From Candidatus Bathyarchaeota archaeon (GTDB lineage: Archaea; Thermoproteota; Bathyarchaeia; 40CM-2-53-6), in contig CAVSBL010000002.1 of the NCBI GenBank assembly GCA_963726255.1, positions 1,088,001 through 1,152,000 of the forward strand: DNA of 64,000 nucleotides, read 5' to 3'. Shown here one piece after another: positions 18,844-28,623 of the stretch (positions are counted from its first letter, which is position 1; every line of letters begins with the position of its first letter). Both the position numbers and the translations under genes were made by a program. The notes under the pieces are model-generated. The model searched no databases, was not told where the DNA came from, and saw nothing but the letters and a program-made list of their open reading frames with translations.

Positions 18844-18997
18844 GCGACGCAGTAGGTTTCCTCCAGTTGAAACCTGTACGCCATCGGAGAGTAGTTAAGG
18901 TGGTTTACGCAGGTACCGTCGCGCGGCATGACGTGGATCGACTGACCTGCACCGAGGCCCCTCACGCCAGATGAGGAGATGCATCTCCGCTGACCGC
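18844..18997 (+). ncRNA. candidate structured RNA with C/D-box-like 3' domain
   Basis: stems GCGACG/CGTCGC, TAGGTTTC/GAAACCTG, GCCATC/GGTGGT; GCGG-ATGACG..CTGA..ATGAGG..CTGA-CCGC. Confidence 0.5.
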
Positions 18998-19021
18998 AAC
19001 AACGCTTATACTTACTAGCTC

Positions 19022-19645
19022 ATGCTTGTCGTAACGAACGGTGCCCGAATGTCGGAATCTCGTGAGTACGTAGCGCCCAGCTGGGACAAAATCTACGAGA
19101 TGATTGTGGACCTAGCTCTCGGGATTAGAGCGTCCGGTTTCAAGCCAGACCTTATTGTTGGCGTCTCAAGAGGAGGTTGGGCGCCAGGAAGAATCCTATC
19201 CGACCTGCTCGAGAACCCCCATACGGCCAACATCAAAATTGAGTTCTATGTAGGCATCGAAAAGACAGGGAGAAAACCCGTCGTAACTCAGCCAATCAGC
19301 GAGGACATTTCCAAGAAGAATGTGTTGGTCGTCGACGACGTGGCCGATACCGGGGAGAGCCTGAAGCTCGCTTTGGACCATGTGCTTGAGAAGGGCGCTC
19401 GGAAGATTATGACGGTAACCGTATTCTACAAACCGCACAGCAAATTCAAACCAGACTTTTTCGCGGACACGACAAGCAATTGGATAATCTTTCCATGGGA
19501 GAGGCTGGAGGCAACAAAACTGTTACTCGACGAAGCCAAGGCTGAAGGGCGCAGTCTAGATTCTGTTCGTGCCGTATTGAAGAAGTGCGGGATCGAAGGC
19601 AGGATTGCAGATTCGCTCTTCCAACTAGCTAACGGCGGTTCCTAG
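19022..19645 (+). CDS. purine phosphoribosyltransferase (type I PRT)
   Basis: SRGG, VLVVDDVADTG, WIIFPWE; likely start 19049. Confidence 0.9.
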   Translation: MLVVTNGARMSESREYVAPSWDKIYEMIVDLALGIRASGFKPDLIVGVSRGGWAPGRILSDLLENPHTANIKIEFYVGIEKTGRKPVVTQPISEDISKKNVLVVDDVADTGESLKLALDHVLEKGARKIMTVTVFYKPHSKFKPDFFADTTSNWIIFPWERLEATKLLLDEAKAEGRSLDSVRAVLKKCGIEGRIADSLFQLANGGS

Positions 19646-19648
19646 TGG

Positions 19649-20215
19649 TTGTTATTCGCGATCAAGGATCCGGCGGAGTTCGTTTGGATTTCAGCGTTTG
19701 ACGTCAAACCTGACGACGTGGAGCTTGTACTCCGATCCATGCAGCAGCAGTTCCCTGACGTTAGTGTTCAACTAGTAGACTTGGACAAGGTAGGAGGCTC
19801 TCGTTATTTGTTTCTTGCCACCTTTAACGCGCTCAAATCTTTCCGTTCAGCGCATCCGATCGCACGCTCGCTCAGCATGGAAATCTTGCTTTATGTCGCG
19901 GCGAACAGACAGATAGGCGAAGCCTTGAAAATTGCGGGCGTAACTGCTGAAACTAGGAATGTCGCAACAATCGCTGAAGGCGACTCAAGAAGCCAGGTCT
20001 TGGAAGCTGCCGCAACCCTCCGAGAGATGCTCAAGAGAGAGGAAAGCGACGAGTTACTCGATAAATGGGATGGGAAACGCGTTGATCACGTTCGATCGGT
20101 CCATGGGATAGGTGATAAAGAGATCCGTGCTACACTCCGCAAGAATGAAGACCTGACCAAAGCCGTTGAGCGTTTAGCCATTGAAAGGTCTGCTATGCTC
20201 GCTATCAAGAAGTAA
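19649..20215 (+). CDS. cgi121: KEOPS subunit Cgi121
   Basis: EILLYVAANRQIGEALKIAGV, IERSA. Confidence 0.88.
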   Translation: MLFAIKDPAEFVWISAFDVKPDDVELVLRSMQQQFPDVSVQLVDLDKVGGSRYLFLATFNALKSFRSAHPIARSLSMEILLYVAANRQIGEALKIAGVTAETRNVATIAEGDSRSQVLEAAATLREMLKREESDELLDKWDGKRVDHVRSVHGIGDKEIRATLRKNEDLTKAVERLAIERSAMLAIKK

Positions 20216-20220
20216 CATAC

Positions 20221-20754
20221 TCAGGCCTTTCGCTTAGCCCGCTCAATCGAAAGGACATCGTCAGAGCGAATCAGGGCTAGACCTGCCAATTCGCCAATTA
20301 CCTCGACCAACACGATCCTGTCGGGATTCTCGAGGTCAACTTTTCGCTCGATGTGTTTTGCAATAGTGTCAATTATCGTTTTGCTCGACAAATCCGTGTG
20401 CCGTTTCTCTATTGTGATTCTGAACTTTTCCTCTTTCCCTATTCGTTCTCCCATTTCGATAGCTGCGTCCTTGATTGCCTCGAGGCTGGCCTCCACGACC
20501 CTTTGAATCGGAACGAGTTTCAAAGTGTACTTGAATTCCCACGGCCGTTCTCTCAGAAGGCTGCCAAGGTCTCGAATGGCTTTGATCGGGTCAAGCTTTG
20601 TTTTGGCAACGACTAGGCCGATTACGGAGGTTGTCTCGATTGTTGAACCGCGGTCGCCGACTTCTCCGAGTAGATACCACATCTCGCTGCACGTGTTTCT
20701 CTCGTTGCCTCTGCTGGTCGAGATGATCAGGTTGAAGTCGTTCAGCAAAGGCAT
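20221..20754 (-). CDS. THUMP domain protein
   Basis: KFRITIEKR, VDLENPD. Confidence 0.88.
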   Translation of the reverse strand: MPLLNDFNLIISTSRGNERNTCSEMWYLLGEVGDRGSTIETTSVIGLVVAKTKLDPIKAIRDLGSLLRERPWEFKYTLKLVPIQRVVEASLEAIKDAAIEMGERIGKEEKFRITIEKRHTDLSSKTIIDTIAKHIERKVDLENPDRIVLVEVIGELAGLALIRSDDVLSIERAKRKA

Positions 20755-20797
20755 ACCCCGGAATCCTGCGAAAGGTAAGCTCGTACCTTAATAGCTA

Positions 20798-21448
20798 TCA
20801 TGGGTTCCCCCCTCGTAGACAATTCATTATTTCCCGTGCTCCAATCGGTCCTTCACGTAGTATGGTGAAAGTTGGTTTAGTGAGGTTGACCACGGTCGAG
20901 GCTACGCCGAGTGGAGCTCTCCCTCCATCTAAAATGAGATCAACACGATCCCCTAGGTCCCTAGCTGCCTCCTCTGCGGAGACGGCTGGCGGTTTTCCTG
21001 TCAGGTTGGCGCTCGTCCCAACCAACGCGCCAGAGCACAAGCCGAGGAGGCTCAAACAGATTGAGTGTTTCGGCGAGCGCAAGCCCACAGTCCCGTCAAA
21101 GACTAGGTTTTCCGGGAGAACACCAAGAGCGGGAAGAACCAGCGTAAGCGGGCCAGGCCAGAATTTCCGTGCAAGCTTTCTCGCGCGGTCCGGGATTTGA
21201 GCTAGGCGTTCGGCATTTTCGATGTCTTTCACCAATACGGGCAACGGTCTAGTGGGAACACCCTTTACGCTCCTCGTCCGTTCAACCGCCGAAGAGTCGA
21301 GTGGATTGCAGCCCAAGCCATACACCGTGTCTGTCGGGTAGCAGATGAGCCCACCCTTTCCAACAACCTCTACTGCCGCAGTCAACCCTTCCAAGTCGGC
21401 TTTCAAGACGCGTGCCAACGAAATCGACGAACCTGCCGAAGCCAACAA
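20798..21448 (-). CDS. sua5: L-threonylcarbamoyladenylate synthase
   Basis: YPTDTVYGL, FWPGPLT, TSAN, STVV. Confidence 0.93.
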   Translation of the reverse strand: MLASAGSSISLARVLKADLEGLTAAVEVVGKGGLICYPTDTVYGLGCNPLDSSAVERTRSVKGVPTRPLPVLVKDIENAERLAQIPDRARKLARKFWPGPLTLVLPALGVLPENLVFDGTVGLRSPKHSICLSLLGLCSGALVGTSANLTGKPPAVSAEEAARDLGDRVDLILDGGRAPLGVASTVVNLTKPTFTILREGPIGAREIMNCLRGGNP

Positions 21449-21530
21449 AGTCGCGAACAGCTTAAAGATTAGTCCTCCGAGACTGACTCATTCCTTTCAC
21501 GGTAGACGCGGAAGACAAGAGGCCAATAGT

Positions 21531-22493
21531 GTGAAAACTGGCAGGTCTAGTAAGATCATTGTTCATGGTGGCGCGGGATTCTGGAAGAGCGACATCAGGA
21601 GCGCTTTGATCGGCGTCCGAAGGTCAGCGTCCCTTGGGTCGAGGGTTCTAGTAAATGGCGGCTCAGCTCTCGATGCTGTCGAATCGGCTGTTTCCGTTAT
21701 GGAAGACGACCCTGTATTCAATGCTGGCAGGGGGTCGTCTCTGACCTTTAACGGGACGGTCGAGATGGATGCAGCCATAATGGATGGGAGGGACCTTACC
21801 GCTGGGGCAGTTGCGCTCGTTCGCAAGGTAAAGAACCCAGTCCAACTCGCCCGCTTAGTTATGGAAAAGACCGACCACGTGCTTCTTGCTGGACGTACAG
21901 CGGAGAGACTGGCGAGGGCCTACTCGCTTCCTGTCACGAATCCTATTACCCCGAAAAGGCGCCGAATGCTTCTAAAATTGAAAAGAGGCCCATTGGACGC
22001 CCGATTGGCGTGGGTCCGGAAGAACCCGACCTTGTTGAGAAGCCATCCTGAGATCATTAAACACGACACTGTTGGCGCCGTGGCTCTGGATGCGAAGGGG
22101 AATTTCGCGGCCGCAGCCTCGACGGGGGGAACAACCATGAAGTTGCCTGGCAGAATCGGAGATACACCGCAGATTGGTTCAGGGGTCTATTCTGACAACC
22201 GGTGTGGAGCCGCAACGGTGACTGGTTGGGGAGAAGTAGCCATCAGGCTGACTCTATCAAAGGCAGTCTGCTCTTCTATGGAAAGAGGCCTGCCTGCGTC
22301 TAGGGCTGCAGAGCTGTCGGTGAGGATGGCGTCAAAACGTTTGAAGGGCGAAGCTGGCGTGATAGCCATTGACCGCCATGGGCGACTTGCCGCGGTTCAT
22401 AATACTCCCTACATGCCATGGGCATTCTGGGCAACGGGGATGCGTGCCCCTCAGGCGGTTTCGCGTGGAAAGATAGTGTCCCGGTTGCGGTAA
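21531..22493 (+). CDS. isoaspartyl peptidase/L-asparaginase (Ntn hydrolase)
   Basis: HGGAG, EMDA, DTVGAV, STGG, GRIGD. Confidence 0.93.
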   Translation: MKTGRSSKIIVHGGAGFWKSDIRSALIGVRRSASLGSRVLVNGGSALDAVESAVSVMEDDPVFNAGRGSSLTFNGTVEMDAAIMDGRDLTAGAVALVRKVKNPVQLARLVMEKTDHVLLAGRTAERLARAYSLPVTNPITPKRRRMLLKLKRGPLDARLAWVRKNPTLLRSHPEIIKHDTVGAVALDAKGNFAAAASTGGTTMKLPGRIGDTPQIGSGVYSDNRCGAATVTGWGEVAIRLTLSKAVCSSMERGLPASRAAELSVRMASKRLKGEAGVIAIDRHGRLAAVHNTPYMPWAFWATGMRAPQAVSRGKIVSRLR

Positions 22494-22633
22494 GCGTCGT
22501 GGCAGAGAGAGAAGCAAAGTTTCGCGTTCTCCAAATCAAACATGAAGAATCGAGAATGATTCAAAATCGGCAAAAGTTTTAAAGCCCCACCTTAGGGGGG
22601 TTAGTCGAGCTTTTGTCACGGGAGTTTCTTCTC

Positions 22634-22735
22634 TTGAGTGAAGATGAGAATTGGGATAATGGAGAAGAAGACGACTGGACAGATGACGAATGGGGAGAAG
22701 ATGATGGCTGGGGAGAAGAAGAAGAGGAATGGTGA
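22634..22735 (+). CDS. 33-aa acidic Trp-repeat peptide (not in ORF track)
   Basis: TTG start, GGAG RBS, TTTTAAA box; MSEDENWDNGEEDDWTDDEWGEDDGWGEEEEEW. Confidence 0.65.
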   Translation: MSEDENWDNGEEDDWTDDEWGEDDGWGEEEEEW

Positions 22736-22817
22736 CTGAGTCCAGCCTCAATTTCCTTTTTGCCCACAAAAACCGCTAACGAAAGGAAGATTCCCAGACA
22801 AAGTGGAGGATTTTCTA

Positions 22818-24596
22818 TTGCTACGTGTAGCCACACTGGACAAAGAACATTGTAAACCAGATGACTGCGGGATACCCTGCTATAGGTTCTGTCCAGAAGT
22901 ATTGAACCGAAGGTACGCAATCAAATTCATCGCCGGACAAAAGAAACCGATCATCGATGAAGACCTCTGCACAGGCTGCGGAATCTGCATCAAGAAATGC
23001 CCCTTCGACGCCATAACCATCGTAAAACTCCCACAGGAACTCGATGGGGAATGCATTCACAGCTACGGCGTCAACGATTTCAAACTATTCAGGCTACCTG
23101 TCCCACTAACTGGGAAAGTCATAGGATTAATCGGCCGAAATGGAACAGGCAAAAGTACCGCTCTACGAATTTTGGCTGGCGAACTCACGCCAAACTTCGG
23201 TACCCCAGAAACCCAGACAAACTGGGACACAGTTCTGAAAAGGTACCGTGGAACGTTGCTGCATGAGTATTTCAGTAGAATTTCAGCCAAGAAGTTGAAG
23301 GTCGTTCACAAACCCCAACATGTCGACAAGCTCGCATCAGTTCTGCAAGGTAGGATAGGCCTACTACTCAAGAAGGTTGACGAGCGCGGAAAACTCGCTG
23401 AGCTTGTCAAGGAACTTGAGCTGGAAACGCTTCTCGAAAGAGAAGCAAAGGTGCTGAGTGGAGGAGAACTACAACGCGTCGCAATAGCGGCGGCCATCAC
23501 GAGGGATGCGGACGTATACATTTTCGATGAGCCTTCCAGCTACCTAGACATTTACCAAAGAATGCGGGCTGCAGGAAGTATAAGGAGACTTGTGGACGAG
23601 GGCAAGTCCGTGATTGTTGCAGAACATGACTTGGCGATGCTCGATTACCTGTCTGATGAAGTCTACCTGGTCTATGGGCAACCGAGCTCGTACGGTATCG
23701 TCTCGCACGTCCACCCCACTAGGGGCGGAATCAACGATTATCTAATCGGGTTTCTGCCCGACGAGAACATGCGCTTCCGGGACGAACCTATTCGTTTCCA
23801 CGTAAGGCCACCGAGGCAGATCGACGTCGAATCCCAAACCAAGCTCGAATGGCCGGAGATAAGCAAGAGCTTCGGAAAATTCCGCCTGCGTGTCGAATCG
23901 GGCTCCATAAGCTCAGGCGAAATCGTCGGCGTTCTGGGTGCCAACGGAATCGGGAAAACCACATTCATCAAAGAGCTGTTGGAATACTATGCAGAGTCAG
24001 CCCAGAACCGGCTGCAGGTAAGTTACAAGCCCCAGTACATCTCCTCTGTCTACGATGGAACGGTTGATGGACTTCTAACAAGTGTTGCCGACGACTACTC
24101 TTCAGCCCTGTTCACCGATGAAGTAATTCGTCCACTGTCGATAAGCAAATTGTTGGATAGGAAAATAGGTGAACTGAGCGGTGGGGAATTGCAGCGTGTT
24201 GCAATTGCGGCTTGTTTGGGCAAGTCAGCTCAGGTTTACTTGCTAGATGAACCGAGCGCCTTCTTGGATGTCGAAGAGAGGTTGAATGTGGCCAAGGCCT
24301 TGAGGCATTTGGTAGACTCACGCCAAGCTTTCGCTTTCGTTGTCGAACATGATATTGTCGCTCAAGACTTCCTCGCGGACCGGATAATGGTTTTCAAAGG
24401 GTTGCCGAGCATCAGTGGCCAAGGCGCGACCCCAATGCCCTTGCGTGATGCGATGAACATTTTCCTCTCCGATATGGGCATCACATTCAGGCGGGACCCT
24501 GAAACCAAACGGCCGCGCATAAACAAAATGGACAGTAAGCTGGACAAAGAGCAGAAGGGTTCGGGCGAGTTCTACTACGCTGCCGCGACTGAATAG
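22818..24596 (+). CDS. rli: ribosome recycling ATPase ABCE1/RLI
   Basis: N-terminal 2x[4Fe-4S] cysteines, two ABC cassettes; GGAGGA RBS. Confidence 0.97.
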   Translation: MLRVATLDKEHCKPDDCGIPCYRFCPEVLNRRYAIKFIAGQKKPIIDEDLCTGCGICIKKCPFDAITIVKLPQELDGECIHSYGVNDFKLFRLPVPLTGKVIGLIGRNGTGKSTALRILAGELTPNFGTPETQTNWDTVLKRYRGTLLHEYFSRISAKKLKVVHKPQHVDKLASVLQGRIGLLLKKVDERGKLAELVKELELETLLEREAKVLSGGELQRVAIAAAITRDADVYIFDEPSSYLDIYQRMRAAGSIRRLVDEGKSVIVAEHDLAMLDYLSDEVYLVYGQPSSYGIVSHVHPTRGGINDYLIGFLPDENMRFRDEPIRFHVRPPRQIDVESQTKLEWPEISKSFGKFRLRVESGSISSGEIVGVLGANGIGKTTFIKELLEYYAESAQNRLQVSYKPQYISSVYDGTVDGLLTSVADDYSSALFTDEVIRPLSISKLLDRKIGELSGGELQRVAIAACLGKSAQVYLLDEPSAFLDVEERLNVAKALRHLVDSRQAFAFVVEHDIVAQDFLADRIMVFKGLPSISGQGATPMPLRDAMNIFLSDMGITFRRDPETKRPRINKMDSKLDKEQKGSGEFYYAAATE

Positions 24597-24636
24597 GCTG
24601 CTACAGGTTTAACTATGTCGTCTCCAAATTACCCGA

Positions 24637-24864
24637 ATGGAGACCAAACCCGAAGTGACAACGAACTACTGCCTCGAATGTGGCGGAATACTAACCTACG
24701 ATAGCGCACTGAAGCACTATACCTGCAAGAGCTGCGGCCTCACCGTGAGCGCCCAACAATTGATGGAGGGCCGTCTCAAGATTCGCAAACGCGAAACGCC
24801 AGAAGAGCAACACCGGCGCAAGCAGAACGAGTACTTAAAATGGTGGCTCTCCAAGAAAGAATAG
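24637..24864 (+). CDS. zinc-ribbon protein
   Basis: CLECGG...CKSCG, EYLKWWLS. Confidence 0.8.
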   Translation: METKPEVTTNYCLECGGILTYDSALKHYTCKSCGLTVSAQQLMEGRLKIRKRETPEEQHRRKQNEYLKWWLSKKE

Positions 24865-24975
24865 AATTCCGCCGTACCCTGTTACAGAGGTAACAGGTTC
24901 CCGTGAGTTTTTCCAGAAGAGATACCGTTTAATCGGCAACGTTTGATTCAGCACAGTACCCGAGTGTAAGCAAGA

Positions 24976-25788
24976 TTGCCGTGCACGGTAGAAATATTGT
25001 CGATTGGAAACGAACTCTTACTTGGGAATACGGTCAACACAAATGCTTCGTGGATAGCAGCCCAAGTCACTGGGCTTGGGGGTAGGGTAACTCGAATAAC
25101 GACGGTTGCCGACAATCTTGGCGAAATCTCTCGCTCCATAACCGAGGCATTAGGAAGGAAGCCCGTCTTCATAATCACAACGGGTGGCATAGGCCCTACT
25201 TTTGACGATATGACCCTCAAGGGCGTCGCAAAAGCCTTCCACTTGCGGATTGCATTGAGCACGGCGGCTGTACAAATGATTCGAGCCCATTACGCTCGAA
25301 GATTCCCCAGGCGAAGAATCACTTTAACAAAACCTCGCCTCAAAATGGCTTCAATCCCAGTCACGTCCGTCCCCGTAATCAACCCCGTTGGAACAGCCCC
25401 CGCGGTCCACTTGACCACGCGCAGCACAGAAATCTTCTGCTTACCAGGCGTGCCCAGCGAAGCAAAAGCGATCTTCAAAGGAACAATCTCCAAGGCTGTG
25501 AAAGCAAGGGCAAGCGGCATGATCTTCGTAGAAAAGTGGCTTAGAGTTCAAGGCGTTATGGAGTCTTCTCTTGCACCGCTTATCGACCGGGTGATGCACC
25601 GTTGGCAAGGGGTCTACGTAAAATCCCATCCGAGAGGAATAGAAGCAAGTGGCCGGCCGAACATTGAATTACACTTTTCAACATCCTCAACGTCGCCACT
25701 AAGGGCGAGGCGGTCTGTTTTTGGTGCAGTTAAGGACCTGAGAAAACAGCTTGAGAACTACGGTGCCCGAGTTACACCTTTAGCGTGA
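24976..25788 (+). CDS. CinA-like molybdopterin-binding domain protein
   Basis: IGNELLLG, TGGIGPTFDD, LPGVP, KSHP. Confidence 0.9.
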   Translation: MPCTVEILSIGNELLLGNTVNTNASWIAAQVTGLGGRVTRITTVADNLGEISRSITEALGRKPVFIITTGGIGPTFDDMTLKGVAKAFHLRIALSTAAVQMIRAHYARRFPRRRITLTKPRLKMASIPVTSVPVINPVGTAPAVHLTTRSTEIFCLPGVPSEAKAIFKGTISKAVKARASGMIFVEKWLRVQGVMESSLAPLIDRVMHRWQGVYVKSHPRGIEASGRPNIELHFSTSSTSPLRARRSVFGAVKDLRKQLENYGARVTPLA

Positions 25789-25846
25789 ACGCTGTCCGCG
25801 TCAGGTCGTAGTCAAAGTGCAGAACACGCATTATGTTATCCACAGT

Positions 25847-27670
25847 CTAAGAGAGCTTCCCGTACCGTTGGATATCTTCCTCTATAACCTTCAGGCTGCT
25901 CCGCCAGAAATCGGGCCTGTGCAGGTCAATGTCAAACCTCTTAGCCAGTTCCGCCGGCGTCGCTTCGCCAGTGCTGGCCAATAGCGCTTCATAGTCTTTC
26001 ACGAAGGGACGGCCGCGATCCACGTAGAGTGAATACAGCCCTGTCCCAAAGAGCAAGCCGAAAGCATACGGATAGTTGTAGAACGAAAACGACGGAATAT
26101 AGTAGTGACCCTTCCAAGCCCACATGTACTTGTGCAAGAAGCGTTCATCCAAGGCCTCGCCGTAAGTGGCCTTCTGGCATCTGAGCATAATCTCGCAAAA
26201 ATCATCCGCGGAAAGCTCAGAGTTGACACGGCGTTCGAAGACCTCTTTCTCGAACAGAAAACGGGAGGTTATGTCTACGATAACCTGAGTGGACCCGCTC
26301 AGCGAGGTTTCAAGGATTGCCAATTCCTCTTCGCGGCTTGAAGCCTCCTTTAGGGCTGCGTTAGCAATTATGGTCTCATTCATGATTGACGCGGTCTCAG
26401 CCAAGGTCATCGGTGTGATTCTTTGTAGCATCGTCTTGCCGACTAAGCATTCGTTATGGAAGGCGTGCCCTAGCTCATGGGCCACGGTCGAGACTTGGTC
26501 AAGTGACCCATCAAAATTGCACAGTACTCGTGACTCGTCCACTCCTGGGATGCCCATGCAGAATGCGCCTCCCCGTTTGCCGTTGCGCGGCTCTGCATCA
26601 ATCCAATGATTATCGAACGCTCTCTGCGCTAGCGCGGCCAAGCGGTCGCTGAAGCTGCGGAATTGAGTTATGATAAAGCCTACCGCTTCATCCCAAGTAT
26701 ATCGCCGGTCGCTTTTGCCAACAGGCGCGAATAGATCCGACCACGCAAGCTTCTCCTTGCCCAATAACTTGGCCTTGGTTAACAGGTATCGCCGAAAAAC
26801 TGGGAACGACTCCTCCATCACGGCCATTAATGTGTTCAGGGTTTCGCGGTCAATTCTTGAGGTGTCAAGTGAAGCATGAAGCGCGTCAACGCGGCCCCGT
26901 CTCTTATTCAGAGTGTTGGCGCTGCCTTTGACGCCGTTAAAGGCTCCGGCCAATGGTTCTCGTACGCTATCCCAAGCTGCCAGTTCGGCCTCGTAGGCAC
27001 GTCGGCGAACCTCTGGGTCGCGATGATGGTTAAGGTTCTGCAGCGCGGTGACCGGCATTTTCTGGGTTTTGCCATCTAATTCGAAGTCGACGGTGACCTG
27101 TGAGCAAATAGTTCCTTGCAGTTTGCCCCATGCGTTCGACCCGCTGAGTTCAAGTTCGGCTGCCAGAGATTCCTCCGGATCGCTCATCAGGAAACGGCTC
27201 TGTTCCGCCGTCTCACGAAGATAGAATGTATGAGCCTTAGCTGCGCCCTCCTGGGCCAATACAGCAGGTAGAACATCCCTAACGGTCCCAATCCAGCCCT
27301 TGAAGAGCACTTCTTGCTTCTGTAATCGGACACCCACCATCTCCAGTTCCGATTCTAACCTCTTTGCAACGGTGTTGTATGAATCGGTCGAAACGTACGA
27401 TGCCACGTACGCGTTAAGAGTGGCGAATAAGCGGAAGGCGGCGTTGGTAAGTGTCAAGTACTCGTCGATAACTGATTTCGCTTCTTTAGCAGTCACCTTT
27501 GATTTATCGGCCGTTGTCTTGGAAATCTTGTGCTCGACCAGGTAGACGTCGAGAGCGTCGATTTGGGCGGTCAGGCCGGCCGTAGCCTTCTTGAACTGCT
27601 CTGGCTCCAATGCCGGGAAGACGTTTGATAGATCCCATCGTGGTAACTTGCTGAAATTCTGACTTGCCAA
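25847..27670 (-). CDS. M3 family oligoendopeptidase F
   Basis: HELGHAFH, LAETAS, FYNYPYAFG. Confidence 0.93.
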   Translation of the reverse strand: MASQNFSKLPRWDLSNVFPALEPEQFKKATAGLTAQIDALDVYLVEHKISKTTADKSKVTAKEAKSVIDEYLTLTNAAFRLFATLNAYVASYVSTDSYNTVAKRLESELEMVGVRLQKQEVLFKGWIGTVRDVLPAVLAQEGAAKAHTFYLRETAEQSRFLMSDPEESLAAELELSGSNAWGKLQGTICSQVTVDFELDGKTQKMPVTALQNLNHHRDPEVRRRAYEAELAAWDSVREPLAGAFNGVKGSANTLNKRRGRVDALHASLDTSRIDRETLNTLMAVMEESFPVFRRYLLTKAKLLGKEKLAWSDLFAPVGKSDRRYTWDEAVGFIITQFRSFSDRLAALAQRAFDNHWIDAEPRNGKRGGAFCMGIPGVDESRVLCNFDGSLDQVSTVAHELGHAFHNECLVGKTMLQRITPMTLAETASIMNETIIANAALKEASSREEELAILETSLSGSTQVIVDITSRFLFEKEVFERRVNSELSADDFCEIMLRCQKATYGEALDERFLHKYMWAWKGHYYIPSFSFYNYPYAFGLLFGTGLYSLYVDRGRPFVKDYEALLASTGEATPAELAKRFDIDLHRPDFWRSSLKVIEEDIQRYGKLS

Positions 27671-27796
27671 GAACCTGTTCGCCTGTTTCTAGCATGCCCA
27701 GGGACCTCCATAATTGGTTTTGGCAACCAGAAATTTCCCGATAGTACTGCAAATAGCTTTGGACACCATCTAGCCGTGGCATAGAAGGGCTTCAGT

Positions 27797-28561
27797 GTGA
27801 CCAACACCGTGTTTATGGTTGGAATGGCCGGCTCCGGGAAGTCATCTCTCACGGCTGCGTATTCAGAATGGTTGAAGGAAAGCGACCAGGATGTTCTAAT
27901 AGCCAATTTCGACCCCGGAGCCACAGCCTTGCCCTATAATCCAGACATTGATGCACGCAAATACGTTGATGTCGAGAAATTGATGTTAGATTACAAACTC
28001 GGGCCGAATGGCGCGCTAATTATGGCCTCGGATTTGCTAGCCGACAACCTTGAGGAGATTCGGGGAGAAGTCCAAGACGCTAACCCCGACATACTCATTG
28101 TGGATACGCCGGGACAGATAGAGCTGTTCGCCTTCAGGGAGGGCGGGCGCTTCATTGCAAACCAACTGACGGATGAGAGCCGTGCAATAATCTATTTGAT
28201 GGATGCGCCCTTCACACGTTCCCCGCTTAACTTCATTTCAAGCGTATACCTAGCCGCAGCGATTTACAGTAGAATCACGCAACCCCAAATTTACGCCCTT
28301 TCTAAGGCGGACCTTGTCTCGGAGCAGGAGGTTGATACTATTGTCGCATGGGCAACTGAGCGCGAAGCCTTCGAGGAATCCTTGCAGACAGTACAGGAAC
28401 AGGACCTTTCAATGATTTCGAGGAACTTGGCGAATGCAGTTTTCGACGCTGGACTCTTGTCGGAGCCTATTCCAGTATCTTCGAAGGATAACTCGGGAAT
28501 GGTGGAACTCAATGCGGCTGTCACAAGAATTCTAACCGGCGGCGAGGAACAGTCCTCGTAA
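27797..28561 (+). CDS. GPN-loop GTPase
   Basis: GMAGSGKS, LGPNG, DTPGQIE. Confidence 0.93.
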   Translation: MTNTVFMVGMAGSGKSSLTAAYSEWLKESDQDVLIANFDPGATALPYNPDIDARKYVDVEKLMLDYKLGPNGALIMASDLLADNLEEIRGEVQDANPDILIVDTPGQIELFAFREGGRFIANQLTDESRAIIYLMDAPFTRSPLNFISSVYLAAAIYSRITQPQIYALSKADLVSEQEVDTIVAWATEREAFEESLQTVQEQDLSMISRNLANAVFDAGLLSEPIPVSSKDNSGMVELNAAVTRILTGGEEQSS

Positions 28562-28623
28562 TCATGCAAGATAATCATAATATCAACGAACATATGGCAA
28601 GAAGAATTCGGTTGAAGAGATAG

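Noticed and set aside
18962-18990. Complementarity of GGAGATGC to GCATCTCC at positions 19-26
   Set aside because: An 8-nt match arising from a palindrome; likely chance
22579-22920. Ser-rich minus-strand ORF
   Set aside because: Antisense shadow of the acidic peptide and the rli start
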